A stretch of DNA of 64,000 bases, taken from positions 108,872,001-108,936,000 of the forward strand of contig OX597820.1 in the NCBI GenBank assembly GCA_951406725.2. Reading direction: 5' to 3'. Below, in pieces: positions 25,245 to 38,079 of the stretch; within the stretch, counting starts at the first letter, position 1; each line of letters starts with the position of its first letter. Below the pieces are notes generated by a model, which saw only the letters and a list, made by a program, of their open reading frames with translations, searched no databases and had not been told where the DNA came from. The position numbers and the translations under genes are program-made. This DNA comes from Octopus vulgaris. Taxonomy: Eukaryota.

Positions 25245-25800
25245 GAGTGAGAGAGCAGTTCATGCCATCAAAGTGACACTGGGGTAAAATATACGAAGCC
25301 CAATATACCCATCATGACTACCCGTCTGATAAGGGTACACCAGGCACATGCATCGCAACCATATGTGCGCGACATGGTGATCTCATATCAAGATAAACAG
25401 CACATGACCTTGCAGGTGGGGCCCAGTTAGAATTTTCTTCAGATTGAGTAGCCCATCCCGCTCAAAAGGTCCCTGAATAAGGGTTGTCTAAGGATGTTGG
25501 AAGAACCACCCATGTTTCCAGAGGTGAATTATTCAAACCCCAAAGAATCCCTCTCAACACATGGCTATGATGCTCCCCCACTACTTCTGCTCGTGATCAG
25601 AGATGCACATATCATCAGCCACTAAGGGACATGCTCAACTGGTTACGGTCAAACAACTGACAAGCAAATCTGTGGTATTGAGCAGAATATTTGCTGTAGC
25701 CCATCTTTTATACCAAGACAAAACAATGTACATGATAACACTTCCAATCAGTTAAGATCAGAAGCCATGAGAGCCACTGCCTGGTACTGCATCAGGGCGT
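25245..25800. mobile_element. ~555-bp unclassified insertion inside the (TTA)n linker of the SINE-like element
   Basis: GC-richer block flanked on both sides by (TTA)n; splits the minus SINE copy. Confidence 0.6.
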
Positions 25801-26056
25801 TTATTATTATTATTTTTATTATTATTCAGGTCACTGCTTGGAATGGAACTCGGAATCTTGGGGTTAATAGCCCATGCTCTTGACCACTACGCCAAATGCC
25901 TGTGGGCATATGGCGTAGTGGTTAAGAGCGTGGGCTACTAACCCCAAGATTCCATGTTCAATTCCAAGTAGTGATCTGAACAACAACAACAATAATAATA
26001 ATAATAACATCAAAAAATACCTTAGGAATGAGAACATAGGTTCGAAATTTCCCCAA

Positions 26057-26102
26057 GACACCTGATGAAGGCTGGAGGGTATATCAGCCAAAATGTTGTG
26101 TT
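26057..26102 (+). ncRNA. Minimal type-I hammerhead ribozyme (CpG-decayed copy)
   Basis: GACAC-CTGATGA-A-GGCTGG-agggtata-TCAGCC-aAAA-tG-TT-GTGTT; sister copy at 25139-25163 (-) keeps GCCGAAACGTTGTGC. Confidence 0.7.
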
Positions 26103-26472
26103 AACAACAAAAAGATGAGGACAAATACCCGTCAAATGTAAATAACAACCAAAACACGTTTTCGGAGGTGGGGTAGGCAATCAAAATTTAGAAATGCTGA
26201 TTTTTTTTTTTTTTGCAGATTCGGAACCTCTGCAGTTGAAAAGGTGGGTTTCTGTTGAAAGAACAAAAAGAATAATAACCGAAAGGGGGTGCAGTCCATG
26301 TTCTTTACGGAGGCCAATTGAGTGTATATAAAGATTTGTTGGAAAAACGTTTACCGAGGGAGTTGAGGAGGGAAGTTTTGGAAAATTCACAAAACCCAAA
26401 ACTTCCCCCCTCATAACTTTCAGGAAAATGGGTATTTTGTAATGAAATTTTATACAAATGCCTTTCAAACGA

Positions 26473-27812
26473 TGTAGATTACAATTACAAAGAAATTTGT
26501 AGGCAAAATCTTTTGCACAGGGCGAGTTTCTGGAAAACAGTTTTGGATCAGATGGCTCACATAAGTTGGAATTTTTCTGTTTTGACGAGAATTTTTCCAA
26601 TTTATTCTTCAGTACAGTCTTAGGAATGATGGGAGGCATCTTTTTATGGCAAAACGAAAAAAATTTTGAAAATTTATGATTTTTTTCACTCCTACCATCC
26701 CTTCACCACCCCAGTCTGAACCGATTTTGGCCCATTGTTTTTGTTTTTCACTATGTATTTAAAGCCCGTGAGAGAAACGTTTTCGGTTAAAAAAAAAAAA
26801 GGTTAATAATTTTGGAGGAAAATGTGTGATTTAAGGGAGATCTAGCTGTTGTTTCTAGCACATCCCAAAACCTCTCTCCTCCTTTCTTTCTCACTCTCAC
26901 ATCTATTGATGTTTTTCAAATATTTCTCCCCATAAACATATTTTATGGAATGATGATGCCAAAATAACTCATGCATAGTCCATTGCTGGGATATAAGCAA
27001 ACGGAAAGAAAAAATGGTAATTTAAATTTTTACTTGCACTCCAATAAAGCGAGGCTGTGTGTGTGTAAGAAAAAAACATGTTCTAACAGAAAATTATGCT
27101 ATCAAAATAAATCATCTTTTACATACCTCGCATTAAAATCACTCTGGATAAATCCCAGCAATAATCTTCTCAGGCTTTCCAAAATTTTAGAATTATATAA
27201 ACAGAAACAATCGGGAGCAGGGAGTGGGGCTAAAAAAAATCATAGGTTTAAAAATTTTTCTCTTTTTTATAGCATAACTGTGTTTATTGGGGAAAATATT
27301 GAAAAATGTCAATACATATTTAAGTGAGAAAAAACAGGGAGGGTGGTTTTGCGATGTGCTAGAAACAACAGCCAAATCTCCCTTAAATCAAACACTTTTT
27401 CCTCTAAAAAGGTAAACAGTTTTTTTTAACCAGAAAGGTTTCTCCTGTGTTTTTTAAGAGCATAGTGAAAAAAAACAACAAAAATGGGCCAAAATCGGTC
27501 TGGACTGGAGTGGTTGGGTGGTGGCAGGAGTAAAAGAAAATCTTAAGTTTTTTTACAAAAAATGCTTCCCGTCATTATTAAGACTGTGATGAAAAAGAAA
27601 AATTGGAAAATATCACCGTCAAAACAGAAATTCCAACTTATGTGGGCCATCTAATCCAAAACACCATTTTCTAGAAACTTCTCCGCCCTATCGCCGTCAA
27701 AACAGAAATTTCAACTTATGTGGCCATCTGATCCAAAACACCATTTTCCAGAAACTTCTCCACCCTACACAAAAAAGTTTGCCGACAAATTTCTTTGTAA
27801 TCATAATCTACA
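26473..27812. mobile_element. Foldback-like element with ~420-bp imperfect inverted arms (26473-26895 / 27323-27812)
   Basis: TGTAGATT..TTACAAAGAAATTTGT and GATTTAAGGGAGATCTAGCTGTTGTTTCTAGCACATC mirrored in the right arm; ~78-bp tandem duplication at 27615-27768. Confidence 0.75.
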
Positions 27813-28846
27813 CCAAAGGTTCTCAACCCATTGTGGCCAAAGGTCCCCTTTTGACCCTTGGAGTCACAAATGCCCCCCACCCTAGAAAATATTTTTATTT
27901 TTCAATATACTACTTATTTTGATATCAGGAGGTTATTAAAAAATAAAGGATGTCATTTTACATATGCACTTGTATGCATTCAGGAGTACATAGGTACAAA
28001 TTGAAATGCCAAACAATGAAATAGTGAATTGAAAGTTTGGTAATTGTGTTTATTTACACCATATGACACTTACGTGATCAATGTGATACAAATAAATTGT
28101 GGAGTATGGTATTCACAGTACTTGGATCTAGTTAGTTTGAGTCACAAAATCAGCTCACTTTTAAAATGACTTTAAAGAAATCTGAAAATTTGCTATATTA
28201 AACATTCCTTTCTTAATCAGGATCTAGTTTGTTTCATTCACAAAATCTGCTTTTTTTTACAAGAAAGTAAAAAATCTGAAAATTGGTTATCTTGATGCAG
28301 TTTTCCATGCTTTTTCCTGTGAAGCCATGAAAAAATTTGACACACACAAATTGTTTTTTTTAAATTTGTGGTTTTAAAATATGGACAGTCCAAATATAAC
28401 ATTCGTTTCTCTTTATAATATCCAAATAATTTTTTGATACTTCAAAATCAAAAGTGTGTAAATATGTGTGCCAGAAACAGTAGTTAAAAATTAAGGAAAT
28501 AGATTTTTGGGAGATCTCTTATTATGACTGACTTTTATTCCATTATTCTATTATCTTCTGAAACTTATACATATGCATATATCAATGCGTACAGAAACAT
28601 ACAAATATATACACACACACACACATTTTTAGAGTTAGTTTTATATACATCCTTGTATATATATAAATATTTCGGCATATCTACACAATTGTGCTCCAAA
28701 GATTTGCTTCTTCATGACACCTTGAGAAAATTAAATATTTCTTTCCTACAAAGATTCTGATTAAATTGGAATTCATTGGGAAAACCGTTTCTCCCTAAAG
28801 GAGTTTTAGAAAATTCACACCATTAGGCTTTGTTGTATATATATAT

Positions 28847-29247
28847 ACACAGGAGTGGCTGTGTAGTAAGTAGCTTGCTAACCAACCACATGGTTCCGGG
28901 TTCAGTCCCACTGCGTGGCATCTTGGGCAAGTGTCTTCTGCTATAGCCTCGGGCTGACCAATGCCTTGTGAGTGGATTTGGTAGACGGAAACTGAAAGAA
29001 GCCTGTCGTATATATGTATATATATATAAGTGTGTGTGTATATGTTTGTGTGTCTGTGTTTGTCCCCCTAGCATTGCTTGACAACCGATGCTGGTGTGTT
29101 TACGTCCCCGTCACTTAGCGGTTCGGCAAGAGAGACCGATAGAATAAGTACTGGACTTACAAAGAATAAGTCCCGGGGTCGATTTGCTCGACTAAAGGCA
29201 GTGCTTCAGCATGGCCGCAGTCAAACGACTGAAACAAGTAAAAGAGT
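28847..29247 (+). mobile_element. tRNA-derived CORE-type SINE
   Basis: Near-identical to 10397-10803. Confidence 0.88.
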
Positions 29248-29288
29248 ATATATATATACGAGAAAAAAGTAACAAGAATGGATTAGTT

Positions 29289-29379
29289 TTTTAGTACAAT
29301 TGTTTCATACAAAGACAGGCTTTATTAAAAGCTGTAAATATTGCAGCAAATACAAGTGTCCCGTACTCATCAGCTAAAA
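29289..29379 (-). ncRNA. Minimal type-I hammerhead ribozyme (inverted copy)
   Basis: Reverse complement of 29627-29717. Confidence 0.8.
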
Positions 29380-29626
29380 CACATATGAGTTCTCCAAACA
29401 TCTTAGTGGGTGAGGCTACACTCATGAAGTATCGGAGATAATTCTATAAAAAGCAAATTCAGGTTGTAAGCAGACTTCCAAAGTTCTTTAATGATGATGC
29501 ACAGTCTTATCACAGGAAGCAGACTTCCAAAGTTCTTTAATGATGATGCACAGTCTTATCACAGGTTTTAAAAAAGCTTATTTTAATAAGCTTATTTTAA
29601 TAAGATGTTTGGAGAACTCATATGTG

Positions 29627-29717
29627 TTTTAGCTGATGAGTACGGGACACTTGTATTTGCTGCAATATTTACAGCTTTTAATAAAGCCTGTCTTTGTATG
29701 AAACAATTGTACTAAAA
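29627..29717 (+). ncRNA. Minimal type-I hammerhead ribozyme
   Basis: TTTTAG-CTGATGA-GTAC...GTAT-GAAA-CAATTG-TA-CTAAAA: intact core, 6-bp stem I, palindromic stem III, GUA site. Confidence 0.82.
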
Positions 29718-29887
29718 AACTAATCCATTCTTGTTGCTTTTTTCTCGTTTATAATCACCCCACATTATTGTATGGTTAATACCATATAGTTTTCTGGTGC
29801 ATCTAAGTTAAGTACCGCATTCAAGTGAATTCATTAGAACTGACTTGAATCTTAATTGCTTTTACTGACTTCAATCTTAATTGCTTT

Positions 29888-29960
<73 letters not shown>

Positions 29961-30497
29961 GGGGTGTATACATATTGTTTTAATTATATCTTTATACATG
30001 CGCATACACACATAAAAAACTGGTACACCGTTGGTTACGACAATCACAAGTATCCAAAACTTCTTCACTACTCTTCCAACTTCATTTTTTCCTCTTAAAA
30101 AGAAGGCTTTCATCTACTTGGACTATATGTCATATCACTGCACAGCTGTCTGTCCGCTAATATTGCTGATGGAATGCAGTGTATCACTGGCATTTCAAAG
30201 TCCAGGATTATGTGTAAAAGTGTGAAGACCATCAATTGACTTTCTTCCATAAAAAAATATTTGGAAGTTATAAAGAGAAATGAATGGTAGATTCTGACAG
30301 GCCATATTTTAAAACCATGAATTAAAAAAAAAATTGGTGGGGATGGGAGTTTTTTTTTTTTTTTTGCATAATCATATCAATTCCATTTTGCAGAAGACAG
30401 AATTGAAAAAAAATTTTTTTAATTCGTAAAAATAAAAAAGTTATGAGGGGTTTTAGCATATGCTTACATCATAATTCTGCTCATTCATATATATATA

Positions 30498-32331
30498 CTA
30501 GCAGAGATACCCAGCATTGCCACATGGAATTGAAGAATTAGACTTTTCTTTTATATTGTCTCTAATGAACTGGAGTACCCATGATTTGAATTTCATCAAA
30601 ATTGGAGATTAAGAATTTTAATGAGGGTTCTTTCCCTCTTTACACACCCTGACAAAAATTCTTATCACAACGTATTTATCACATACTACTCATCTTTATG
30701 CCCATATTCCAAAATCCAAATCTTATAAAACCTATTGAAAGGTTTTCGCTCTTGAAAAATGGAGCACATGCAGCTCTAAAATGTGGAAGTTAAGGCCCCT
30801 ATTGGGGGGGGGGGGGTCTTAAAGTCAACCAGAGAAGTTGAATTGTTGGGAATCTTTTTTAACTTGTGTCTTATATCCATTGTACAAATTTGAAATCGGA
30901 AATATATGAATGTTCACTGGGTTTGTAGAAGAGAGGAAAGCTAGAGGAAACCAAAAGACGAATGATCACAATAAGCAGTCAGCTACCCTAGTCATTACCA
31001 CTCTCCAATGTAAGATTCCTCACCATACAGGTGACAGGCACAGTTGAAAGATGCATTACGGATCTATAGCAATTGGAAGGGTGTGACCCAACTCAAATAA
31101 ACATTAACAACTGTGTGATGTGAGGGCTAAGGAGAAATAAAAGTGTCACGTCTGGAGTTTGCCAATGACCACTATGCCGATAGGTAACTGGACAGAATAA
31201 ATTTGCAATCTATAAATCTCTTTGAATGACCAATCACTTATCTGGAAAGGCCTCGAAATCAGTGTTACCATCTGGGGACTATCTTTGACCCAATGATAAT
31301 AAAAAGACTCAAAGGAGGTGTGCAACAAATAACTTTACTCAAAATAACACTTTACAACTGAATCAGTGGAGGCAAAGATGTATCTCCTTTACTTGACAAT
31401 TTCTGCACCACATTGCAGAAATCACAATCAGAGTATATCTCAAAGCAAACTCTTACACTGTTGTACCATTGAATTACAAATAACGCTCATCTTGTATGCT
31501 CGGGTGACTCTACAGATTCCAAGACTACAATTGTATTCATCTTGGCTTAGGGAAAATGACTAAATTGTTGGGGTTAAGCCTCCATCAAAGAGTCTTACTA
31601 ACTCCTAAGAAGTTGAAATTTTAGGAATATTACTTCATTTGTGTCTAATATCTATGGTTAAAATTTCATCAACGCAAAAGTATATGAATTTTCAAGGGGC
31701 TATAGTTTCATTTATGCCCCTCTTACTTTCAAACATATACTGCATTACATCTGTCCTTATGCATAGAATATAATTTCCAAATTTCATAAAGATCCATTGA
31801 GTATTTTTGACCTTGTTTTGGATTATAAAAATTGACTAAAGTTTGGGAGTTAAGGCCCTCATTAGGGGGTCTTAGAATCCTCATGAGAAGCGGAAACATT
31901 GGGAATGCTTCTTGATTTGTGTCTATGGTTGAAATTTCATCAACATCGGAAACCAAACATATTGTGTTATACCTGCCCTTAAGCATTGAATCTAAGTTCT
32001 AAATATCATAAGGATCCATTCAGTAATTTTGGTCCATGAAAAATGACTAAAATTTGGGGGTTAAGTCCCCATTAGGGGGTCTTAAAATCATTTAGAGAAA
32101 TGGAAATTTTGGGTATATTGTAAAATTTATTTCTAATACTTATGGTTCAAATTTCATCAAGATCCAAAGCATGTGAATTTTCACTGAGGTGTTCTGCTCC
32201 CTCAAAATTGCATGAAACATACAGCATTACTATTCTCCCTATCCTTGGATTTTGTGTTCCAAATTTCATTAGACTCGATCCAGTAGTTTTTCGAGTCTAT
32301 AAGTAACACACAAAGACTTTTATATAACAGA
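30498..32331 (-). mobile_element. Non-autonomous Helitron-like element with internal sub-repeats
   Basis: Minus strand begins TCTGTTATATAAAAGTC...AATGAAATTTGG and ends GGGTATCTCTGCTAG; GTTAAGGCCCC..GGGGGTCTTA units at ~30789, 31571, 31849, 32060. Confidence 0.7.
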
Positions 32332-32865
32332 CTAGCTATTTTGACTCGTGCTTCGCTTGGGTTTTGGTGGTGGTGTTATTTTGTGCATGTTGTCTCCTTT
32401 TCCCTTTCTTCTTTTGTGAGTCTTCTTTGCCTGGTTCTTTTTATTGCCCTTTTCTTTTTCTTATTTTTATTTTTTCCTTGTCTTTATCTTCTTTTTCTTC
32501 TTTCTCTTCTTCCACTCTTTCTTTTCTCCTTCTCATCATCTCCATAGCTGATGGCCCCTCCCTTTCCAAAATCCCCCAAATTTTTACACCCACAATTAAA
32601 GATAGCCCCTTCAGCAACACGAAAAGCCACCATTATTCAAACAGTGCAACCTGTCTATCCCATAAAACTCAATTTTTCCCATACTCCTCACCATGGCAAC
32701 CAAATGGTAGCCCCGAGCAACTTGCAACCCTCCTAACACCATTGCCCACCCCATTTTACCCCCAGTGTAAATTTTGGTGCCAATCCGACCCCATCTACCG
32801 TTCCCATCCCAAAATGAGACAAATAACCAAGAAACATTTTCACATTTCAACTTTATAGATATTGA
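32332..32865 (-). mobile_element. Second non-autonomous Helitron-like element, abutting the first
   Basis: Minus strand starts TCAATATCTATAAAG..GATTGGCACCAAAATTTACAC and ends GCGAAGCACGAGTCAAAATAGCTAG. Confidence 0.65.
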
Positions 32866-32904
32866 TATATATATATATGCACAAATACATATATATATAT
32901 ATAT

Positions 32905-35185
32905 ATGTGTGAAAGACTGATGAATGTGGTGAATGAATGGGGGGAGGAGAGCCTGCCAAATGTTGACTCAGTAGAGGGACCAGCTATCCGTATAGATAGC
33001 TCCCTAGTAGATAAGGCAATTAAGGGTATTAAACCAGGAAAAGCCCCTGGCCCATCAGGAATCATTGCTGAGATGCTTAAAACATCTGGTGGTGTGAGCT
33101 ATGGCCTAGTCACCCGCATTGTAAACCAGGTAGTTCATGATGGAGTCATACCCAACGACTGGCATAGCAGCACCATAGTCGACTGCTACAAGAGTAAAGG
33201 TGATAGAGATAGAAATAACTACAGGGGTATCAAACTGCTGGATCAGGTGATAACGGTCACGGAGAGAGTCTGCTTAGATGAGATGCAGTTCGGTTTTGTA
33301 CCGGGTAGAAGCACCACTGATGCCATATTCATGGTTCGACAACTGCAGGAGAAATACCTAGCCAAAGATAAACCCCTATACTTAGCTTTTGTGGACTTGC
33401 AGAAAGCCTTTGACAGTGTCCCCCGATCCCTTATCTGGTGGGCGATGCAGAAACTGGAGATTGACGACTGGTTAATAAGGGCTGTACAGGCCCTATACAG
33501 AGAGGCTGTTAGTAAGGTTAGGATTGGCAATGAGTATAGTGAAGAATTCTGGGTAGAAGCTGGCGTTCACCAAGGCTCAGCCCTCAGTCTCCTTTTATTC
33601 ATCATAGTCCTCCAGGCAATAACAGAGGAATTTAAATCGGGTTGTCCCTGGGAGCTCCTCTATGCTGATGACCTAGCCCATGTAGCAGAATCACTACTGG
33701 AACTAGAGAAGAAATTTTGTGTGTGAAAGCTAGGTTTAGAATCAAAAGGCCTTAGAGTCAATGTAGCAAAGACCAAAGTTCTAGTAAGTAGGAAGACAAA
33801 CTCACCACACACCCCTTCAGGTGGCTCTGCTCGATCTGTAGAAAAGGTGTAGGTAGAAACTCCATAAGATGTACCCAGTGTAAGCTATGGACACATAAGA
33901 GGTGCAGCAATATCAAAGGAAAATTAACCAAGAAGATAGCTTTTGTGTGCGGCAGATGCACAGGGGCAATAGACACCATTGATACTCAGAAAACAGATTC
34001 CATTACACTCCTGGGGGTGAAACTAGAGGTAGTTGATAGTTTCTGCTACCTAGGTGACCAAGTTAGTAGCAGGGGTGGATGCTCAGAGAGTGTTACCACT
34101 AGAATAAGAATAGCCTGGGCAAAGTTTAGAAAGCTTCTTCCCCTACTGGCGACAGGGTCTCTCGCTCAGTGTGACAGGTAGATTATACGCTGCATGTGTG
34201 CAAACTGCCATGCTTCACGGTAGTGAAACATGGGCCGTGACTGCTGAGAATATGCGTAGGCTCAAAAGAAATGAAGCTAGCATGATCCACTGGATGTGTA
34301 ATGTCAGTGTCCATGCATGACAGAGTGTAAGCACCCTGAGAGATGTTGGGCATAAGTAGCATCGGATGCAGTGTGCAGGAGTGACGTTTGAGTTGGTATG
34401 GTCATGTATTATGGATAGATTTGGAAAAATAAGTGAAGAAGTGCCTCTCCCAAACTGTTGAAGGAATCCGGGGTAGAGGTAGACCCAAGAAGACATGGGA
34501 TGAGGTGGTGAAGCATGACCATCGTACATTGAGCCTCACAGAGGCTATGACGAAAGACCGAGACCTCTGGAGATATGCTGTGACTTCGAAAACCCGACAA
34601 ATGAAGTGAGTTCATGACTTGCAGGATGGCCTGCTGCGCTTGAGGAGACCTATTGTATCAAGTTCATCAACATCAAAATAAAAATTGTATGGATATTGTA
34701 GATGCGATACCCCTGCCGGTGGCACATAGGGTCTCACAGAGGAAATGACGAAGACCGAGACCTCTGAGATATGCTGTAACTGTGATGATCCAACAAATGA
34801 AGTGAGTTGTTCATGGCTCACAGGATGGCCTGCTGTGCTAACCTTGGATCGTAGAGTGGCCCACTGTTCTTGAGACTTATCGAATCAAGTACGTCAACAC
34901 CAACATCACAATAAAAATCAAATGAAAATTGCAGTTAAGACACCCGTGCCGGTGATATGTAAAAAGCACCGTCCGAACGTGGCAGATGCCAGCACCGCCT
35001 CATTGGCGTCTGTGTCGGTGACACATAAAAGCACCAACTGATCGTGGCCGTTTGCCAGCCTCCTCTGGCCCCTGTGCTGGTGGCACATAAAAAACACCCA
35101 CTACACTCATGGTTTTCCAGATCCTGGTAGAACTGTCCAACCCATGATATCATGGAAAATGGACGTTAAATGATGATGATGATGA
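32905..35185 (+). mobile_element. RTE LINE, 5'-truncated copy with duplicated ORF-end segment and (GAT)n tail
   Basis: ORF 32905-33726 with RT motifs (AFVDLQKAFD, QGSALS, YADD); ~34530-34640 repeated at ~34727-34838. Confidence 0.95.
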
Positions 35186-35250
35186 TATGTACATATGTAC
35201 ACAGAAAGATAGATTGAGAGATACAATTGAGTAGGCAAACAAAAATATGA

Positions 35251-35610
35251 GACTACCTTGAAAAATTTTTTGTCGAATGAATCAACCCCAGTGCTTTATT
35301 TTATTTTGATAAACCTGGTACGTATTCTATTGGTCTATTGTTGTCAAACCATTAAGTTACAGGGATGTAAATAAACCAACACCAGTTGTCAAGCTGTGAT
35401 GAGGCAGAGACACAAAGACTTACATATACACATATATATATACGATGGGTTTCTTTCAGTTTCTGTCTACAAAATCCACTCACATGGCTTTGGTTGGTCT
35501 GAGGCTACAGCAGAAAACACATGCCAAGTTACCACACCGTGGGACTGAACTCACGACCATGTGCTTTAGAACCAAGTTTCTTACCACACCACACCACCAC
35601 ACCTGCACTT
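35251..35610 (-). mobile_element. Older diverged copy of the CORE-type SINE
   Basis: Reverse complement contains GAGTTCAGTCCCAC, TGTGAGTGGATTTTGTAGACAGAAACTGAAAGAA, GCTTGACAAC. Confidence 0.75.
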
Positions 35611-35621
35611 ATATATATGTA

Positions 35622-35685
<64 letters not shown>

Positions 35686-35691
<6 letters not shown>

Positions 35692-36231
35692 TACAAAGTG
35701 AGATAGGGGTTATGAGTGTAACCCACTATGGGATATCAGTTATCCAATATACTGCTGGTGAAGTACCCAAAAGGCAAATATATAAATGCTTATAATTGCA
35801 ATGCAATTCATTTATTGTTTTAGATGGGCGAAGGTAAAATATTTTACCTCAAATTCATAATACAAATAAGAAAATGGAGGAACAGATTTCTTTCAATCAT
35901 CGACTTACAGATTATACCAATTCATATAATCTATTAACTAATTAAATAGAAACATCCAAATCCAACAGAATAAGACAATATACATCAGTAAGTAAGATAA
36001 TACCATAAAAATAATACACATAAAATGGATCTTACAGCTGTTTCAGCCTGTAGATAAAAGTATCTCATTATGCCTATAATAGTCAGATGTATTGAGGTAA
36101 TATGCTGTTAAAAATGAGTTACTTATATATCTCAAGGCCTCGCCAGAGATTATAAAGTACAATTATAAAAATATGCAAATATAAATATGAAACAAAATAC
36201 ACATACAAAAGAATATATATATATATAAGTG

Positions 36232-36271
<40 letters not shown>

Positions 36272-38063
36272 TATATATAAGTGTATATACATATATATAT
36301 ATATATATAAGTGTATATACATATATATATAGATATATATAAGTATATATTTAATAATATACATACACATAAGGTTACAGATATTCAAATATATATACTG
36401 GAGTATACAAATACATCCACATCAATGGGTACATATACAAAGTTCATTACATTACATTACCAAAACTATTAATATTATTATTATTATAAATAAATAATAC
36501 CAATATTGGAATATGTGCATTCTGCTATTCCCAATACATAGTTGATGGAAAATACCACATAAAATATAATATAGTGTAATATAATATAATATATTGTATA
36601 TCACATATATAATATATCATCATCATCATCATCATCGTTTAACGTCCGTTCTCCATGCTAGCATGGGTTGGACGGTATAACATAATATATAGACAGATGC
36701 CTATGAAAGATGCAAGCACATTAATTCAACAAATAATGTCATTATATTCATATATCATACAGTCAAAATTGAAACTTCACTCTTATTCTGCATACATATA
36801 TATACACACAGGTAACAAACACATGTATATGCATATACATATATGCGTAAAAACATCCACTAATACATATACATATATAAAGAGATTATACCCTTTTACA
36901 TCATACAAAAGATATATGCATGTACATATGTAGAGTTCACAGATCAAGAGGTAAGAGGTAGGCCGTAACGGGCTATGCTTACGTTATTATTAATATATAG
37001 TATTACAGTGGTTTAAAATCTTACGGGGGTAGGGGAGAGATTATTTACAATCTCAAGCTAAATCCAATTGGTTGACACATTTGAATTTCATTGTCTTAGT
37101 TACGGTTGGTTGGTTAAAATACACATACATACAAACATACATATATGCGCACATACACACGTACATATAGATATGCATATGTACATAAATACACACATAC
37201 ATACATACATATCCATATACACATATACATACATATATGTACATATACACATACTTATATACACCCCCATACACATATACATACTAATAACTAAAATAAT
37301 AATATTATAAACCATTTAAAGTGAAAACTATGCTAATTCCTAATATATAAAAAGTGGCCTAAATGGGTATAATACGTTAGGATTATATATTTGGCAAAGG
37401 TTGGAAAATATTCAGACAAAACTTTCAAAAGAAGTAGAAGGTATGCATTGCACATTTGCCAAGATTTATGGGAAAGAAATAGGAAGATATTTACGAAAGA
37501 TACAAAAATCAAATTCATCGTGTAAATATACCGTTACTATAATGCTAATCCTTACAATCAATTTAACATTAGCGTTTTCACTTCTCCAATTAAATTCGTT
37601 GCAAAACTTAAGTCGTATAAAATACCGTAATAAAAACAAAATATTCTGTATCTGACCATATAATATCTTCGAGTTTATGTGTATTATTGTGGATATTTTA
37701 GAGATCGATATACAATTTTAATGTTACTCAATTATGCAACTATTCATATTTTAATTCTGCATTAATACCTATCTATTCAATTATACATCCATTTACTGAT
37801 ATAAGATATTAATCTAAGGTTATCCAATATCATATCCATGTACCCCTATATATAATAGGTAATTTATTATTGATCAAAGGTTATACAAGTAAATCCTCAT
37901 AATTAAATAAATGTTTGATCAAACTATTAATATCGAGATGGACCACATAAGTAGTTAAAACTAAACAAACAAATATTCAGTCCACCCCTAATAAATAATA
38001 TGAATTGGTAATATCTGTAAGTCGATGATTGAAAGAAATCTGTTCCTCCATTTTCTTATTTGT
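35686..38063 (-). mobile_element. PLE pseudo-LTR-like non-coding remnant with degenerate hammerhead and inverted end
   Basis: 35860-35927 is mirrored at 37998-38063; minus-strand ATCT-CTGGCGA-GGCCT...AGGCT-GAAA-CAGCTG-TA-AGAT at 36029-36150; carries a tiny RTE 3' end at ~36616-36676. Confidence 0.55.
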
Positions 38064-38079
38064 ATATATATATATATTT

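Larger units (their letters stand above)
25059..26148. mobile_element. Head-to-head pair of the tRNA-hammerhead SINE-like element (minus copy 25059-25900, plus copy 25903-26148)
   Basis: A-box TGGCGTAGTGG, B-box GTTCAATTCC; both copies align to 17491-17822; flanked by direct repeat CCAAAACA at 25051 and 26149. Confidence 0.82.
24552..26330. mobile_element. MITE/foldback-like element with ~160-bp imperfect terminal inverted repeats, hosting nested insertions
   Basis: GTAAAGGACATGGACCGCACCCC..GATTCCGAATCTGCAAAAAA (24588-24666) versus TTTTTGCAGATTCGGAACC..GGGGTGCAGTCCATGTTCTTTAC (26210-26308). Confidence 0.65.
29258..29890 (+). mobile_element. Non-coding PLE-type mini-element with inverted arms (29258-29405 / 29601-29748), each carrying a hammerhead
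   Basis: Arms near-perfect reverse complements; 49-bp tandem duplication 29468-29565 in the spacer; short tandem duplication at the 3' end. Confidence 0.75.

Noticed and set aside
25903-25975. Possible functional tRNA gene
   Set aside because: Acceptor and T stems pair poorly and it is fused to a repeated 3' module, so it is a SINE head
27813-28500. hAT-like terminus CAAAGGTTCTCAACC
   Set aside because: Only one TIR-like end; no partner TIR, TSD or transposase found
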